A DNA stretch of 64,000 nt from Lytechinus pictus. Lineage: Eukaryota. This document shows, in pieces, positions 63,338 through 64,000 of the stretch (within the stretch, counting starts at the first letter, position 1; each line of letters opens with the position of its first letter). Position numbers and translations under genes: made by a program. The stretch is taken from the NCBI RefSeq assembly GCF_037042905.1, contig NC_087251.1, forward strand, positions 11,286,001 through 11,350,000. The letters run 5' to 3'. The notes beneath the pieces are model-generated. The model searched no databases. It saw only the letters and a program-made list of their open reading frames with translations, and was not told where the DNA came from.

Positions 63338-63779
63338 TATTGTCCAAAATATTCCAAATGGATCACTATTGTCTTTCAACACGATATATAGTCATGGCAT
63401 TTTCTCTCAATTATCGAGCTAACTTCACTGTGTTATTTCGCAAAGAACCTTCCTTTTTCGTATCCGTCAAAGTGTGATTTTCTCCTCCTTTTGACGGTTT
63501 TGGGGGAATCAGACAGAAACACAATCATTGCCCATCCAGTGTGGAGGGCTTATTGGGTTTGGCCACCAAACCGTGAAAGCGGTGGAACCTACAAAATACC
63601 AGGAGGTCATTCGCCAAGAGCTGAAATTGATTTTATGCAGTTCTATTGAAGTTGATTTTAGTTTTCGGTGAATCATCCGCAGAGCAACAAGAGAAGCGCA
63701 AATATTTGGTTTACCAATGGAATCAAATTCCTAGTAATATATATATATATATCAAGAGAATTAAAGTATCCCATTTGAA

Positions 63780-63832
63780 AGAGAGGGGGAGAGAAATATA
63801 GATAGAAAGAAAGAATTAAAGGAAGGAAGGAA

Positions 63833-63873
<41 letters not shown>

Positions 63874-63970
63874 GAAGAGAGACAGATAAATAATTAGGGA
63901 GTGAAAGAAAGAAGGGAGAGGGGAGGGAACGGGAGAGAGAGTGAAAGATATGAAAAAAAAAGAGGAGACA
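63780..63970. repeat. Purine-rich (GGAA/GAAA/GA)n tract
   Basis: direct inspection. Confidence 0.85.
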
Positions 63971-64000
63971 AGAGTTTAAATTCGATTATTATTACAGGCA

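Overview
AT-rich, intron-rich animal genomic DNA. An echinoderm/sea-urchin-like origin is inferred from the HYR-repeat gene and the repeat families, not demonstrated. The window holds two convergent genes. (1) Plus strand: Nup133, with 32 coding exons traced by hand from 1232 to the stop at 35649; splice phases are consistent throughout and the first exon(s) lie upstream of the window. (2) Minus strand: an apparently complete 16-exon CDS (ATG 63337 to stop 40980, ~1094 aa) for a single-pass membrane protein with the order signal peptide, 5xHYR, PAN/Apple, 2xHYR, SEA, EGF-like, TM, acidic cytoplasmic tail. Introns are packed with transposon relics: a 3.8-kb Academ-like element with ~1-kb inverted arms and a TTG TSD, Helentron/HINE-like elements, hAT/piggyBac/Kolobok-like MITEs with clean TSDs, tRNA-SINEs, and decayed hAT, Crypton-like and Ngaro-like ORFs. 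The most unusual observations are a template-switch-like inversion that copied a Nup133 exon end and its splice donor into a downstream MITE, a candidate 42-nt cassette exon, and an apparent ~20-codon gap in a conserved Nup133 exon. No prokaryotic-type system (CRISPR etc.) is present, and most ORFs in the supplied track are spurious. Family names are assigned from recalled motifs; no database searches were run.
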